From Sphyrna mokarran (taxonomy: Eukaryota), in assembly GCA_024679065.1 (NCBI GenBank), contig JAGIQG010000011.1, positions 60,884,001-60,948,000 on the forward strand: a stretch of DNA of 64,000 nucleotides. The letters run 5' to 3'. A program made the position numbers and the translations under genes. Numbering within the stretch: the stretch's first letter is position 1; every line of letters starts with the position of its first letter. This document shows positions 11,301 to 25,869 of this stretch, in pieces. Under the pieces are notes generated by a model, which saw nothing but the letters and a program-made list of their open reading frames with translations, had not been told where the DNA came from and made no database searches.

Positions 11301-14300
11301 CTGACTTTAGAGTCCAGTTGTTTGCAGACTACTTTTTTATTCCCGAGAAATTTCATTGACAAAATTTCAAGTGGTACAAAAAATTAGGATTATATTTGAA
11401 ACTAAAAGGTTCCTCGGTCGATTGGAATAAAGTCGTGTTTATTATTTTTTTCGTTCATATTAGCTGTTTTTGCCCAGTGAAGCAGATGAAAGGCTATTCT
11501 GCTGGAAATCGTGCTCCAATAATTTTCCACATGCTCGGCAGCTGTATGTCTGTCCGATATCATCAACTTTTAAAATCGCAGAATAATAGTCCACATTACT
11601 TAGAATTCCCCAGTCATCATTAATTAGCCAAAACAACATGGAAGAGATCTAAATGATCACTTCAAATTACAGATTTTCAAGTACACTAAAATAGTTTTAG
11701 AAACATTATTCTGCTAAAAGGTTACACGGGCAATACAGAAATAAGCATAAAGTCACTTACTGGACCAGCGGTCATTTCATTTATTATTTGATTGCATATT
11801 GGTAACTTAGAGGAAATAGATTGAACAGTGCACCGCAACAGCGATTCCAGTTTTTCACCAAACCAAATACAATACTATTTCACAAGTAACTAATCCGCCT
11901 GTAAAATATGGAACGTCATCTCAAAGCAAGAATCACGATTTGTCTCTTTTAAATTACAACAATAACAAAAAATAAATACAAATTCGACGGTCATCAATAG
12001 AATAATTATCTGTTACAGAAATGTTCGAATCTGATAGGAAGCAATTAAAAAAACAACTTTTTATTTTTAAAAAATTCTATGTCATTCAAACTTTGTGTTA
12101 AACTTTACTTTTGGAATTCTGCCCGTCACTCTTTGAGGGCGAAGTGTGTTGTGAAAGTCTCCAAGTTCACATGCAATCTTGATTTTTTTAAACCATTAAG
12201 CTACTTATCCAATATTAAATAAGTTATATGTTCCTTCCAAAAAAATGGGATTACCTCATTTGTGGAGAGGAGCGTTGTGAAGAGATGCAGAAATTTTGTT
12301 GCAGAGAGACTTACAATGAGAAATATTTTACCTTGCATTGGCACCAGTTTCGCCAGTAACAGTTTCTTTTATACAATGGATTTCTCAACGACAAAGGAAA
12401 GAGGTACAAAGTCTTGGTGCATACTGTTAGGGAATGTGGTATTCATTAATTTTTTTTACTGGGCGTGTAGGCAGATCAAAAGATACAAATCAAAACAGCT
12501 AACCCCCTTAACTATGATTAGTGTATTTATCAATTGCATAAAGAATTTCATAAACTTAAAGAAAAATATTCGGACAAAATAAAAGCGGCCACTCTACAAC
12601 ACATGACAAAACTTTTTTTTAAAAAAGCTGCAAAATTAAGACGAAAAACTTTTCCGTAGCAAAAATATATCGAAACAGGTCATAAATCACTATCCCACCC
12701 GAACATGTTTGGTTAAGCAGACGCAGAAACGAATGGGCATCATCTTACCAAATGCAGTCTCGAGAAGAGTAATTACTGACCAGGACAAAGTGGCCCATGA
12801 ATATACATGTGATTCTGCACAAAGGGAGGAAAAAGTATTACTAATAATTTTCCACGACAGTTGTATATGGTGACATGCCCCGAGGTGACCCTTGACTTGC
12901 CACGTGAAATTCGCTACACAAATTAAGAACATTTAAAAGTCAGATTTCAGAAACAAATATTTCAACAAATATCATTATTATGATACAAACTGCACCGTTC
13001 TGCTATATATTGGTAGTATTATAGTGGAGACAGAAAGTAAGGGATCGGGGTAAAATAAGTTATGCATAATTTGAAATCTAAATCTGGGAGAAAATAAAAT
13101 CTGCAGAACTTTTGCATTTGTCAGTATTTTCTGCATAGAGATATGTGGGGAAGTGATCATAACGAAAATCAATTTAATTTCAAACTTTTATAAAACAATG
13201 GAAAGCGAAACTTCTTTCCATTTTTAACTTTTCAAAATTACGTTTGGGTGGAGACTGTATCAGGGAGTTTATTTTTAAATAAGATATATTTAACTTTGAC
13301 TTATTGTATTCAAGTCATGCAGCGGAATCGATACCATTTCCCGTAAACATTTTCATTGGCTACATTGCAATTAAGTTGTAAACAACTAACTAAATGGCCT
13401 TTCACTAGTATAAAAACAAAACTTGCGTAGGACGGAGAAAAAGTGCAATTAAATTATTGTTCAAATTGTCTCTTTGGCCAAGCGCATAGTCTTAGTTTTC
13501 GCAGACCAGGTGAAAAGTATGTTTTACTGTTGGCCATCCGTTGACTTTCTAAACATACTGTTCAGAGTGTTGCAATTGACACGGTTGAATGCTATCTTAA
13601 TATTATATTTTTGTAAATGAGAATCAGACGTCTCGTTTTGAAAAAATCCTTAACTCGGTAAGCAAATCCTTGAGCATTCTAAGTATATATAACCCTTCTC
13701 AGACATTTCATACATGACCTATATATAGTTTCAACTTTATTGATCTACAAACACAATGTCAAGTTCGACATGTACCTAAATAGGGCATGCTCCGGAAATA
13801 AATACAATGGATTGATTATTTCACAAAAAGCTACTTAGCATTAAAAAAATCATACCATAACTTCAACATTCAAATAAAAATGTGTAGTTGTACTTGGTAT
13901 AATTATGTGAGGCATTCTAAATCTATAACTACATAACTATGATGGGGAAAAACGCAATTTCATCGCCCAGTAACTTTTTATAAAATGTGAGGCGTCTGAC
14001 AAATGTACACGTATCGTATTGTAGGTTTAGTGTATGTTTGGAAAATCAGAACATCTTGCTTTTGGAATTAAAATTGTTATTTATTTTCACAACAAACGCA
14101 GTATGTGGGACTAAACATTTCCTTAGTTTAGAACAGGATAACACAGGAAAACAGTAAAATAACATGGGGGGACGATTTATAATATATAGGCACACAATAT
14201 TAAGCACTCGCAAAATAATTATTGAATTCACCTGACCCTTCAAGCATTTCATTACGATCTAGGCCATCTTAAATGAATCAATGCATATGCACTTTTTGTG

Positions 14301-17300
14301 GTTGAATATAGTTTAAGTCTTTAAGCCGGCATTATGTTTGCAGTTTTGACTATGAATTGGATGATGAGGATTATTATTGCTCGTCGGTTACTGCAGTGAA
14401 CTACGCGTGTAAAAGTGCGTGTGTATATAGCACCTGTACATCACTGAGTGATCTGTGTACGTGGTCAAGTGAAGAAACAATTTTGATAGCCATATTTAAT
14501 ACCCGGTACCAAGATGAATAGGGGTACAATGTCGGTTTCAAAAGATCAACGAGGTATCACAAACTTGCAAACTTTTTTTATTCTTGCACATCTTTTCTTT
14601 TCAAACTTTTTTTTACACTGTGCACTCATATACAAAAATATCTTTTATCTTTATTCCCAATTATCTTTACCCCCACCGATAGTTTCTTGATATAAACAGT
14701 TTACACTCCATTTACATTTGCTTCAGTTCACCGATTATCAGCAATGTACCCAAAACTGTTCAGAGTAAACAACTGAACCCGGTGGATGCATGTAGATCCC
14801 CAGTTACTAAATGAGAACCAATGAAGAGAATGAATTTTAGCTCCCAGGGAAATGGAATAAGATTTCTATGGATGGTTTGCAAGCATTTTGCCAATAACCT
14901 CATGTCTTAGTGTTAACTTTATTTGTTTTTTTTGAGAAAAACAAAACTGCAAAGAAAAACGTTTCACTTCAACTACACTCCTGCAATTTCAAGGGCCGAG
15001 GGAGAATTTCTCCTAAAGGGATTTGAATTGTATTGTTGTCATAATCATTTGCAGTCTTGTTGTTTCATGACGGATGGTTCTATAAGGGAGGCCCCCGTGA
15101 TAACATTCCAAGACAATCTTCGTGCATAACAGCCACGTTTAAAACAAAACTAAATCCAGGGTCGAATTTGAAACAAGAAAACAACAGAGATTAATTCAAC
15201 GCAGGAAGTCACTGGAATGATGATCAATGGGGGATTCAAAATCAAAATGAAAGAGAGCTTGATAGGTGTGTAAGGAAGGTCTAATCGGGATGAAGATCTC
15301 CTTCATCATCCCATCTCCTCAGTTTGTGGGACATTTATGTTGCTGATGAGGCAGCTCAGCCGGTTTGTAGCAGGAATGCATCTTTTGGATGTCATGTGCA
15401 GTGCATATGTTCAAGTACTTCTGAAGTGATTCCAAAGCTCAGGCCGCTTCCAGACAATTGTTTATAAGATGCGAGGAAAGAGACATAATAAATGGCTCAA
15501 ACAATTATAAAAATCACGTTTCCCTATGACAGTTGAAAATAAATCCTTATAATTCAATCCCTTGTTATTAATCACTAATCACTATGTTTAAAAAAGACTT
15601 GCAATACTTCAGCAAACATAAAATATTAAAATTTAAAACTATTCTGCCATCATGTGTTACTATCAAAATGCTCATAACAACATTGTTTACAGTCAGACTT
15701 GGGGGAAGGAAGTCAAACTTCCTACGGAATATTGTAAAGCATACTTCAGTATATAACGTCTAAAACAACAATGGTCAAGCTGGTACCAATAGCACAGCAC
15801 ATTATATCACGAATGGGTTGCTGGTTTGCTTGATTTCCCACACACTGACCGCAGAAAATCTGAGGAGACACACATGGAGATCAAATACTTTCCTTACAAT
15901 GGCTGAGCACAAGAAAGTCAGTCAATCCAGGTAAATTCTCTCATGTATTACACGGGCTAGCAGTAGGGCTGCAATGACACCTTTTGAAGTGCTGACCTGA
16001 TTGCTGATTTAGTCAAGAATGACACCTAATTTGGGATGAAGCTATAGGAAGAGGATAAAAAGTACCAATTCATAGGAAAGAAAATTATATTTATTTTGAA
16101 GAATCGTATCAACATGTTTCACTTTTAAGCTTTAAAAAACATTTCATTCATTTGTTTTTTTAATTTTTAAAAAATTTTAATCTATTTTGTGCCACATTTA
16201 TTTAAATACCGAACCTTTAATCCAATTAAAATACAGGCGATGCCTCTTTGATTCTATATTCTTCTCCATTGTGCAAAAACAGCACTAATTGGGAAACTTT
16301 TTGCCTTCTGCAAATTAACAATACATATCAATAATTGTTGAACCCACAGACATGACAACCAACATAAGATGCTGAAGGATGAAACATATTTTTTTATGGT
16401 ACAGCCAGATAGGAAAATCAGATTCATAGAGAAAAAATGCTGCAGTGGTTACCAGCTTTGGAAGAAGCAACAAGAGCATACATGTCATCACTATACTCAA
16501 TACATAACCTACTAACTAGGCTGCCAGTGGACAAATGGCGGTAGTAAATATTCTTAAACTCTGACCACATTATTCAACTCTTAATAGCATTACACATGCT
16601 TGAGAACACACGATGAACCTAGTAATATACACAGAGTCGTATTTCTAAGTGGTGTAACTTGTAACTAGTGGTTGTGGTTGATACATTGGTCTATGTAGTT
16701 TATGCAAAATCCAACTAACATGCAAATTTATTCATATCACAGTTTAACAAGACAGTGTGCAAGGAGCTGCAGTGCAATGAAATAGGTAAAGATGAGTGGG
16801 CCATTTGCTGCTTTTTATTCAAGTTGTGATCACTTAATGGCACAGGAATTAATATCTATTATCCCTTTCCATATGTTCTGCAAAGTCTCTGATCATTCTA
16901 TTTTCATGATTTTGCTGGACTTTGCTATCATATTTCACTTTCTGTGCTTAATTTCAAAATTTATAATGTTTTGCTTTTAAATTTCTCTTGGAACTCTTAT
17001 TTGCTATTCCAAAACTTTCCTTCCGTTTCTGTACAATATTGTAATGAATCTTCATTGTTCTCTTTAATATAGTGTCGGAGGGGTTGGTGATCATTTTTTT
17101 GCACTTTCATATGTCTGTTTATACTTTGGCTTTTCTTCTACTCATTTTTTGGAACTAAGTCTCAAATAAAGGGAAACAAAAACACAAAAAAAGGGAATTA
17201 ACAGGCTAAAGAGATCCAAGAATAATAAAATAAAGGAATAAGCAGGGGACAATTGTAGAAATATAAAATAGCCAAAAATAGAAATATATCGAACAGAAGG

Positions 17301-18744
17301 AAGAAGATTATTAACAACAGCATTGAATGGAATTGTAAAAGAGAAAGAAAAAAATAAAGTTGAAGTGCAAGTGTTGACTGAGAAAGGTCACATATTTACT
17401 AACGGCTCAATATAAACACACATTGGTAGTTGCAGGGAGCCTTTCAGCCACTGAATACTACTATAGTGCACAGTGTGGATTCACGAAGGGAAAAAGGCAA
17501 CTTTTACAGGATATGTAAAGAAGAACTTAAAGAAAGAAGCAAGTGATGAAAATAAAACGATATGGAAAAAAAAGGAAATGTGAAAGAAGCACAAATAAAG
17601 AATTAGCAAATACATAGGAAAACAAAAGTACAGAATCATGAGAACCATGAAGGTTAAAATAACATTACAAAGAAGAAAGAGCCAAAAATTAAACTGTCTG
17701 CTGCAGGCTATCTCTACAATATTCTGACTTTGATCCGCTGCAACTTGAAGTGATTTGCTGCGCACATGTACTTCACATAATTTTCTTTAGCAATAGCAGT
17801 AATTCAACAATACATGCAGTATATATTACAGGAACAGCCCAAAATGGGATACTTTAATTACCACAATGAGAGGAAAAGTAATTCAGAGGAGATTGCACAC
17901 AGGTCTTGTTTATAAATCTACATTTAAACAGTGAAACAAGATACTAACAACAAAATGCTTGTGTAAACTTGAAAACCTTTGTTGTAAGATACCTTGGTCT
18001 AAATGTTGTTTGACTGTTGTTCCACAATTAAACTGATACATGTGCTGATGTATTTATACAATGTAATTTCAGCAATTTGTTCTTTTTCTCTTTTTTCTAA
18101 TTTTTTTTTGGCTCCTCTTTTGAAGGAGTCGACCTTTACTTAGGTATGCCTTCAATAATTCACCAACTTGCCCACTTTCCTACTGTGAGCTAAATAGTAA
18201 ATGTCAGCAATCTATTCAGTTGTGGGCGTTAGTGCAACCTGCTTCATACAGCATCCACACTTTTTCCAGAAAGGATTCCTTAGATGGTGATTAGGATTGA
18301 AGACCCTGGCTGATATTATCCCTCCTTTAGGCAAAGCTCTGTAGCCAAACATATTGTCCAAATTCTGTCACTATATGATCAACAAACTCTGATTTGTGAA
18401 TTAACTTCAGGTGGCTTAACATTTTTTAACATTTCCTTGAAGGAGCAAAAATAGTAGATAACTTCTGAAAGGTTCAGGCATTTCTGTGGAGAAGGAATAC
18501 AGCTTGTGGTGATTATGCAGTTTATGGTAATTCCTTGCATTCGAGCTTGAGTGCATCTAGTGAAGTGATTCTTTTCAATTCACTTTGGTCATTTTTGAGG
18601 GTTCTTACAAAGGTTTTCAAACATTTCAGTTTGTCCAAGCATTCAATTGCTAGCATTTCTGTATTTCATTTTATTTTTTTTAATAGAAATAGCCACAATA
18701 TTATACCTGGCCACTTGGTTTAGTTTATGATGGTTAAAATATTC

Positions 18745-18830
18745 CCATGGCTCAGTACATTGTCTACCTTTGGGCCATGGATTTGATTGCAGTCTAAACC
18801 GATGGGATGAAAATCGCTTCTCAATGCTAG
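18745..18830 (+). mobile_element. Ancient tRNA-derived SINE head remnant
   Basis: ggctcag...ggatttgattgcagtctaaaccgatgggatgaaaat; resembles the reverse complement of 29068-29155. Confidence 0.35.
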
Positions 18831-21800
18831 CTATAACATTCATATATAAAAATTAATTCCCATCGACATCGAATCCTCAGCACATCTCTACCCGCCATTT
18901 TTACACAAATTAACAATCTCATAGGAATGGCAAGGATTACTACAGGAAATGAAAGAAAGAAAACAAACACTGATGGGGGGATGGGGTACTCTTGTAAGAT
19001 TGGGGCTAAAACAAAATGCAGCAGAGTAGAGGAAGCTTTATTCTATATACGATTTATGTTGTTTCTGATGTGGAAATTCTGAAGGCTGATATGGAATACT
19101 AAAATTGTGAAGAGATCAATCAAGAGTACTGAATTTGCACCTTGATTGTCCCAATACGGCAACATTCAATCCCCTCAACTTTAACTACCAACAGCACCAG
19201 AACCCCCTACTCCTACCCCACTCCCACAAAGTCCCTCTGTTTAGCAAGAATTAAGTTTCGGTGCCATTCTATAATGGATGAGATATGGTAAGTGAATTTT
19301 TTTTTAACAGAGGTACATTGGCATTATTAATGGTACCTTTGATATGTTACAATAACAACAATATGCCACAATTCATAGAAACTATTCCTGAAATTTACGA
19401 AGCAAAACATAAACAAAATTCCAGATGTGGGAGGACTTTTAAATTATGTGTTTAATGCTATTAATTCGGATTTTTGAGATTCCAAACCATAGATTGCAAG
19501 TTTAGCTCTTCACTTCAATACAGCATTGGGAATATTCAAAACAAATTTGAATATTTAAATTAGAATTTAGACATTGGCTTAATAACATTAAAATCTGTTT
19601 TGCATACATGGAAATAAAATAATTTAACAGCAGGAAGTTTAAATACAAACTCAGGCTGATATTGATGACAAAAATAAAATTGATACATTATCATATTTTG
19701 CTAGGGAATATACTTTTGGTATGATTGCCTGTTCTATATAATTAACTCTTGCAAAATACAGCTAAAACTTTACTCTTATTAAAGGATTTGTATATTTCAT
19801 TCTTCATTTGGAATATCATATTATTGCTGGATTATTTCTAAGGAAACACAACTGCATTGTATTAATAATTATATTAATAGTTATTAATATAATGTTCTGC
19901 CTACTCTTTTAGAAAATGTGTTCACCCCTTCATTTTAAATTGGCTACCACCTCTTTTTAAAAGTACAGTAATTATCCTGATTGCCTTAATATTTATTATG
20001 GATATTACACAAGATTTCATCACAATTCTTTTTAACTAACTAGCTCTATATCTCATTGCATTGAGCTATTACGATTCTAATATGCATTTAGCTGCGTATA
20101 TTGTAATAGAGTTTCATAAAATTTTAATTTGAACTAAGCAAAATAATTATTTGATGACTATAATTGATCTTCATTGTGTTACCTTCTTTGATTGAACATT
20201 TCTAAATATATACAACTGCATTATATATCCAATCAAGCAGATTTCTCTTCTTAATACAAGTGCACAACAGAGAACATTGCATCTTTAACTGAGAAAAACA
20301 GAGTTTTGTGTATTCACAGGAATCTCCCATAACAATGCTCAACAATTGTACTTATGTTCAATAACAATCGTAGCATAGATGGATAATTTTAAGAGCTGTA
20401 ATTGCTGCTAATGAAGGACTATATTATTTGTCCAGTTGACAATTAATTTATAAGATTATTTAACTTCAGTATGCCCAAAGTATTTCAACATCTTGTGTGA
20501 CATGAAGTTTAATCTTTCTGCTGGAAAAAAACAATGAAAATTGCAAAGCTGACCATTGTGCTGAATGTATTTATATTTATCCATTTTGATTGAATGAATA
20601 AAATGTAAAATAATGCTCTGAGTAATATTTTTAACCAAAATAAATCATAATAATACACAGTAATCAAAAACTTTGTGTGACAATGAAACTCTTTTGTGTT
20701 ATTTTTGAACTAAATTGGAGAACAGCTTTGTGAAAATAATATATGCCTTTGATTCAAATATACTAACTAACGGTGCTGAAATTAGGACACAGTGAAGTTT
20801 CAGCTCTCAACCCTTCTCGAGCTAGCTCAAACACTTCAGGATTCATATACCCCTCTAACAGAACAAAACACCAGGATAATGCTTGGTTTGCTCTGTAATT
20901 AATGATCTAACTAAGAAATGTCGGTGTTGTGTGTCTTTGAAGTGCAACATTTTAACGAAAAAGCTTTTATTAGTAAATTAATTGTCATTAAAAGGACTTC
21001 TAGTCCAGCAACAGATTTCATGAGTAGAGAAGTAATGAAATAATCCTAATTTAAAGATTCAAAGATATTGGAAATATTTTTTAACATAAAATATATTAAG
21101 TAAGCATTTTTTGCTTATGTAATGATTGTAATTGTAAAAAAAAATTGTATTTGACCCAATTAAAATTGGCCTTGCATTCCAACATTACCATTATGATGTA
21201 ACCTTTTTTTGTTTTGTGAGAAAAGATACAATCGCATAGTTCATCCTTAATTAATTGCTTTTCTGAAGCTTTTAAAATGGATAAATACAATACTGTGTGG
21301 CGTTGGCTAGCTTAAGGACATTTCTCATTTGTGAATTACATTATCTGTTAGGAATAGAATTACAGCTTATTACATCTAAGAAAACAATCTATAAATCAAT
21401 GGCTAACACAATGTTATGTAAATTTCAATTTTCAAATAGCATTTAATAAATTCTGGAAATTATATGATTTGCGACAGCAATAATTAAATAACCTGTACTG
21501 AATCTATTGAACTTTAAACGTTAGTCAAATTAATTTGTAAATTTGTGACGCGTTCATTCTTTGTTGGCTCTAAGTAGTTACACTAAACTTGAAAAAACAT
21601 GTCAGTTTGACAGGAAATAGGCTCCTAAGCCATGCTGTTTTAATGATTTACAAAGTTTAAAAGAAGTTCCATCTATCTATTAATATATACGTACATGCAT
21701 ACACATCTGAGCAAATACTTAATGCATGTTTTCCCTAGTAGGTATAAACGGGAAATAATTGAATGCCATTTGTGAAATGCATGCATAAAAAATAAAACAT

Positions 21801-23168
21801 CATGTTATCTTCTAGCCAGAAGTGGCAACATGTTTTAAAATAAGGATATTAAAAGGGTAGTTGGAAAACAAACAAGCAATTAAATCAGTACAAATTAAGT
21901 CTGGTTTCTCCACCCTGCCATTTAACTGCTGCATGTTGAAGTAAAACAAAGAACTCTGGTATGGTCAATGTTTTTGTGCACAACTGCCTCGAAGCAACAA
22001 TGCTAGTTTAATTTATATGCAAATTAAAACATAAATGAGAAAGTAAGCTCTGGAAATAGCATGACAAGATGATAAAAAATGTAATACATTTCAAAATTCC
22101 CTTTCTTAAAAGAAGAGCTGCCTGACTGGCAAATGGCCACTTTCTATTGAAATCAGTAGCTATTTTCATAGAATGTTATGTGGAATGTAAGGGTGTCCTC
22201 TGAAAGTGGAAGAAAGCTCCAACAAACATTTCTTGTGAGATCCAACATCAGGATAATTTCACAGTCTCACTTCTGACTGCTTCGTCCTGAGTTGACCAGC
22301 ACCATGCAAGGCTGATCAAAGGCCATCGGAAACATCAAGTAAGAGTGAATGGGGTTAAAGTATGCTAATACAGGAGCTAAATTTACTTTAATCCTGTTAT
22401 AATACAAGTTAATGCAGAGGTGGTGGAGGGGCTTTCTGCCTTACCCCACTGATTCAGAAGGACCCCTGCAAATCATGAATAGAACCAGCTTCCTATTCTT
22501 TCTGCTGTTGAGCTTATGCTTTTGCAGATGCACACACAAGTCCCTCCTTCTACGTTTACTAAGTGTCAACAGTCGGGTGAGCAAGACTTCACAGTTCCTT
22601 AGATCAGTACTCTGTGACCTTCCACATTTAAGTACAGGACATTAGATTAAGCATTCCAGCTGTTGCTTGAATTCTGATTGATTTTGGGGGAGGGTGATTC
22701 CAGGTTGAAAAAAAACTTGTCCAGAATTTTGTAATACACATAACCATTTACATTTAATTCTCATTAGTTCCCTTTTCACAAAAGGTTTGCTATTTTCATC
22801 TTTTTTTGTTTAATGTAGGAATGTTCTAATATTTCCCTGAAGAATTATATTTATAGTTTTCATTTCAAATCCATTATATCTACAATATTTTCAGGATAAA
22901 CAAACTCTTTTCAGTTGTATAATGGAGGGAGAGGTCTGATCTAACGATGGTGCCTGAAATACATTCATTGCCATATTGACTGGAGCAATATTCTGCTGTT
23001 CCTTTACATATCCATAAACAGATGAAAAAAAAACTCTTCTGTGTAATTTGTTAAAAACTTGGTATAAGTTTTAATGAGTTTTAGGCTTTAGATTGGCCTA
23101 ACTAGTAGTTCTTAAATGAGCTGCTGGTGGTTACCAAAGGCAAATCTTTCTTCATTTGCATTAATATA

Positions 23169-24398
23169 GGGCGGAATTCTTCCATTTCACCTGTGGTGGC
23201 TTTGGTGATGGGCAGGAGTGGAGAATCTAGCCGGAGCCAGTAAGTCAGAAACTCACTGGTGTAAAATCTCAAAGCAATTCTCCCATTGGTGAGTTAATGG
23301 GGGGTGCTTCTTCCCACTGGCTGGTTGTATGAACACCATTTGCAGTAATTTTTCTCTCATGAATGCTCATTAAAACAGCTGCCTGCTGGCATCCCATGAA
23401 GCCTTCTAATTTTCCATCACTTTGGTGTGAAAATACATTGACCTAAAACCCAGTTTCCAATGAGATGCGTGGTAGTCCTCAATTTGCAAGAAACTTCTGA
23501 GTGAGAGCAACACTGCACTGCTGCTCCTGATGCACAATTCACGACTCTGCCAAGGCAGACTGGTTCCTGCCCTCTATGCTTATGCTGAGTTGGTCTTCAT
23601 GGACAGTACCAAGCTGCTGGACCCATGGGTCCTCCTGTGTCAGTGCTGCACCGGGGTTGGTGAGTGAAGGGGTCTCCTTGCCCCTGGTGCCACAAAGTAG
23701 TGTCTAGCTGGATAGCACTGTGCTGTGGGATTCATGCAACAAAAGTTTGAAAAGTTTGAAGTGGAGCACAAGGTTGTGGGGGAAGAGGAGAATGGCCTGA
23801 AGAAGGCAAGGGGGAAAATGCAGAAGAAGGTCTGTGTAAGGAGATAGATGAAGAAGACGAACAATGGAAAGCAAGCGGAAGATTGAGGGGAAGCAATGTG
23901 GATCTCAACAAAACTAAATGATAAGCTTGCCAACAAGATGGTCAAAGGGGCACCATATCTTTTACTGGGAGGGGATGTACAAAGACTCCAGAGGCAGTGA
24001 GTAGAGGTCCAAGTGGGACAGGATGCCTTGCAAGTGATGGGTTAGGGAGAGGGTGGTTGAATCAAGGAACAGACTTTTCTTTGAGGCTGCTAACCTCTGG
24101 GTTTACTGACATCTGCTTTCCTCTGGGTTGCTGACATTTTAAATGGTCTGGTGAAGACAAGTGGGCTGGAGAGTGTGATATGAATGTGCTGGAATGGTAT
24201 TTAAATATGGCGCCAGAATCTTTGGGCCTGCCAGCTGACCATGGGCTACTGTTCTGTCAGGTGATTTGGAGGGAATGTGCATGTGCATAATTAATGAGGT
24301 GCGAAGTGCAGAACTGGCCACTGTTCTGGCCAGTGGGAAACGTGTCACCAGAGCAGCCCCTTCACTGCACTTAGTCTCAAAATGGAAGAATTCTACCC
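23169..24398. mobile_element. Non-autonomous PIF/Harbinger-type DNA transposon (1230 bp)
   Basis: 19-bp TIRs GGGCGGAATTCTTCCATTT (23169-23187) and AAATGGAAGAATTCTACCC (24380-24398), 17/19 match; ATA on both flanks (3-bp TSD). Confidence 0.8.
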
Positions 24399-25869
24399 AT
24401 AGAGTCAGAAGTTACAGGAGTGCTCCACAGCAGAACTGCAAACTGCTGTTGGCCCATATTTGCACTGTCCAAAACCTGATAGTCAGTGCTGGTGCCTGAG
24501 CTGGCTGGCTTTGCTCTGGTACTATTCAATGAACTATATCAGGAAATCTGAATGTTTCTTACAGCTTATCAGCTTTATGGTAATGAAGTCCGAGGACCAA
24601 CTTTAGTCAATCCTTAGGCTGATTTCTCTAAGTGCATTTTGCAGTAATTGGACACCAACCAATTTCTCACCCACATACTTTAGCGTAATTTCAAATGAAT
24701 TATTATTAATACAATCCACTTACAAAATGAAAAGTTTAATTTCATCACATCTTTGTAAATTTTGTAATTTCAAAATCAAAACTAGAAAATGTCAATTGAT
24801 CAGAAGTTATAGTAATTACAAAGGAATGTTGTATTTTCAAACCTATTATAATGATATCAACATAAACACATATTTATCATGAGCTATTGCCTTGTAGAAA
24901 ATAATTAGATCATGCCATCTCAAAATATGCTGAAGAATAAATAAAACTACAAATCACAGAGCCCTTTAGAACTTTGTACATGTAACAAGGTTCCTAAGTT
25001 TTCTTCTTGATTATATTTATTTATTAACATTTATAACCTGATGTACATTGTATCATACAGTTGAATATTAGAGTCACATTAATCTGCTTGAAAATGATAC
25101 TTCCCACAAAACCTATTATACATACCAGCAACTAAGTTATTTATATGTATTGACAAAAACTTCTGTAATTGTGATTTTACGTGAGAGAATTTAATATTTT
25201 ACCAAGTGAAATATTAAATTTTAATACTAGATAACAAAAATAATATTACAAAATGCTTGATAGAAAAACATACCTTTTGTTATAATTTTGAGAGGCAAAG
25301 AGATTTGCCATATTTTGAACTATGAACTGAATTTAACATTAAAATATATTTAAATTATTGGTACATTCAGCAGCTTCCTCTAACATTCAAATTCTAAATT
25401 TTCAAAACATATTTCATTCTGTTGTTGACTGCATTTGAGTTTCAACAAGACCAGACCTCAACCAAGATTTTCATATTCCAATTTCACACAGTACAGATTG
25501 CATTTAAAGAAGAAATATACAATTATGATTTCACAGAAAAATTGTCTCAGATATTATGCATCTTAAACAGCATGAGGAAATGAAACTGTTTTTCAGTTGC
25601 ATGTACTTGGTTGTACCTTAATTATGTTATCGATGACCTTCTTATTGATGACCCATATGACCTTCTACACTCTCTTCAATGCTATTTCTGCCCAACAATT
25701 TAACTAAATATACAGAGTGGATGTTATTGATCACAATTTGAAGAGGCTTTTAATTAGCAGCAATTGGATCTATGCTTTGCAATCTCACATATAGCCTGTT
25801 GAGATGTAAAGTATACAGAATTTAACAGATCATTTTTATTGTGATTTTTTTAATGCAAGATTTAATCAG

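Noticed and set aside
16850-17700. T-rich then A-rich strand-skewed stretches giving hydrophobic ORFs
   Set aside because: Low-complexity composition explains the ORFs; no true inverted repeat was visible.
25188-25220. 12-bp AT-only inverted repeat
   Set aside because: Expected by chance in very AT-rich DNA.
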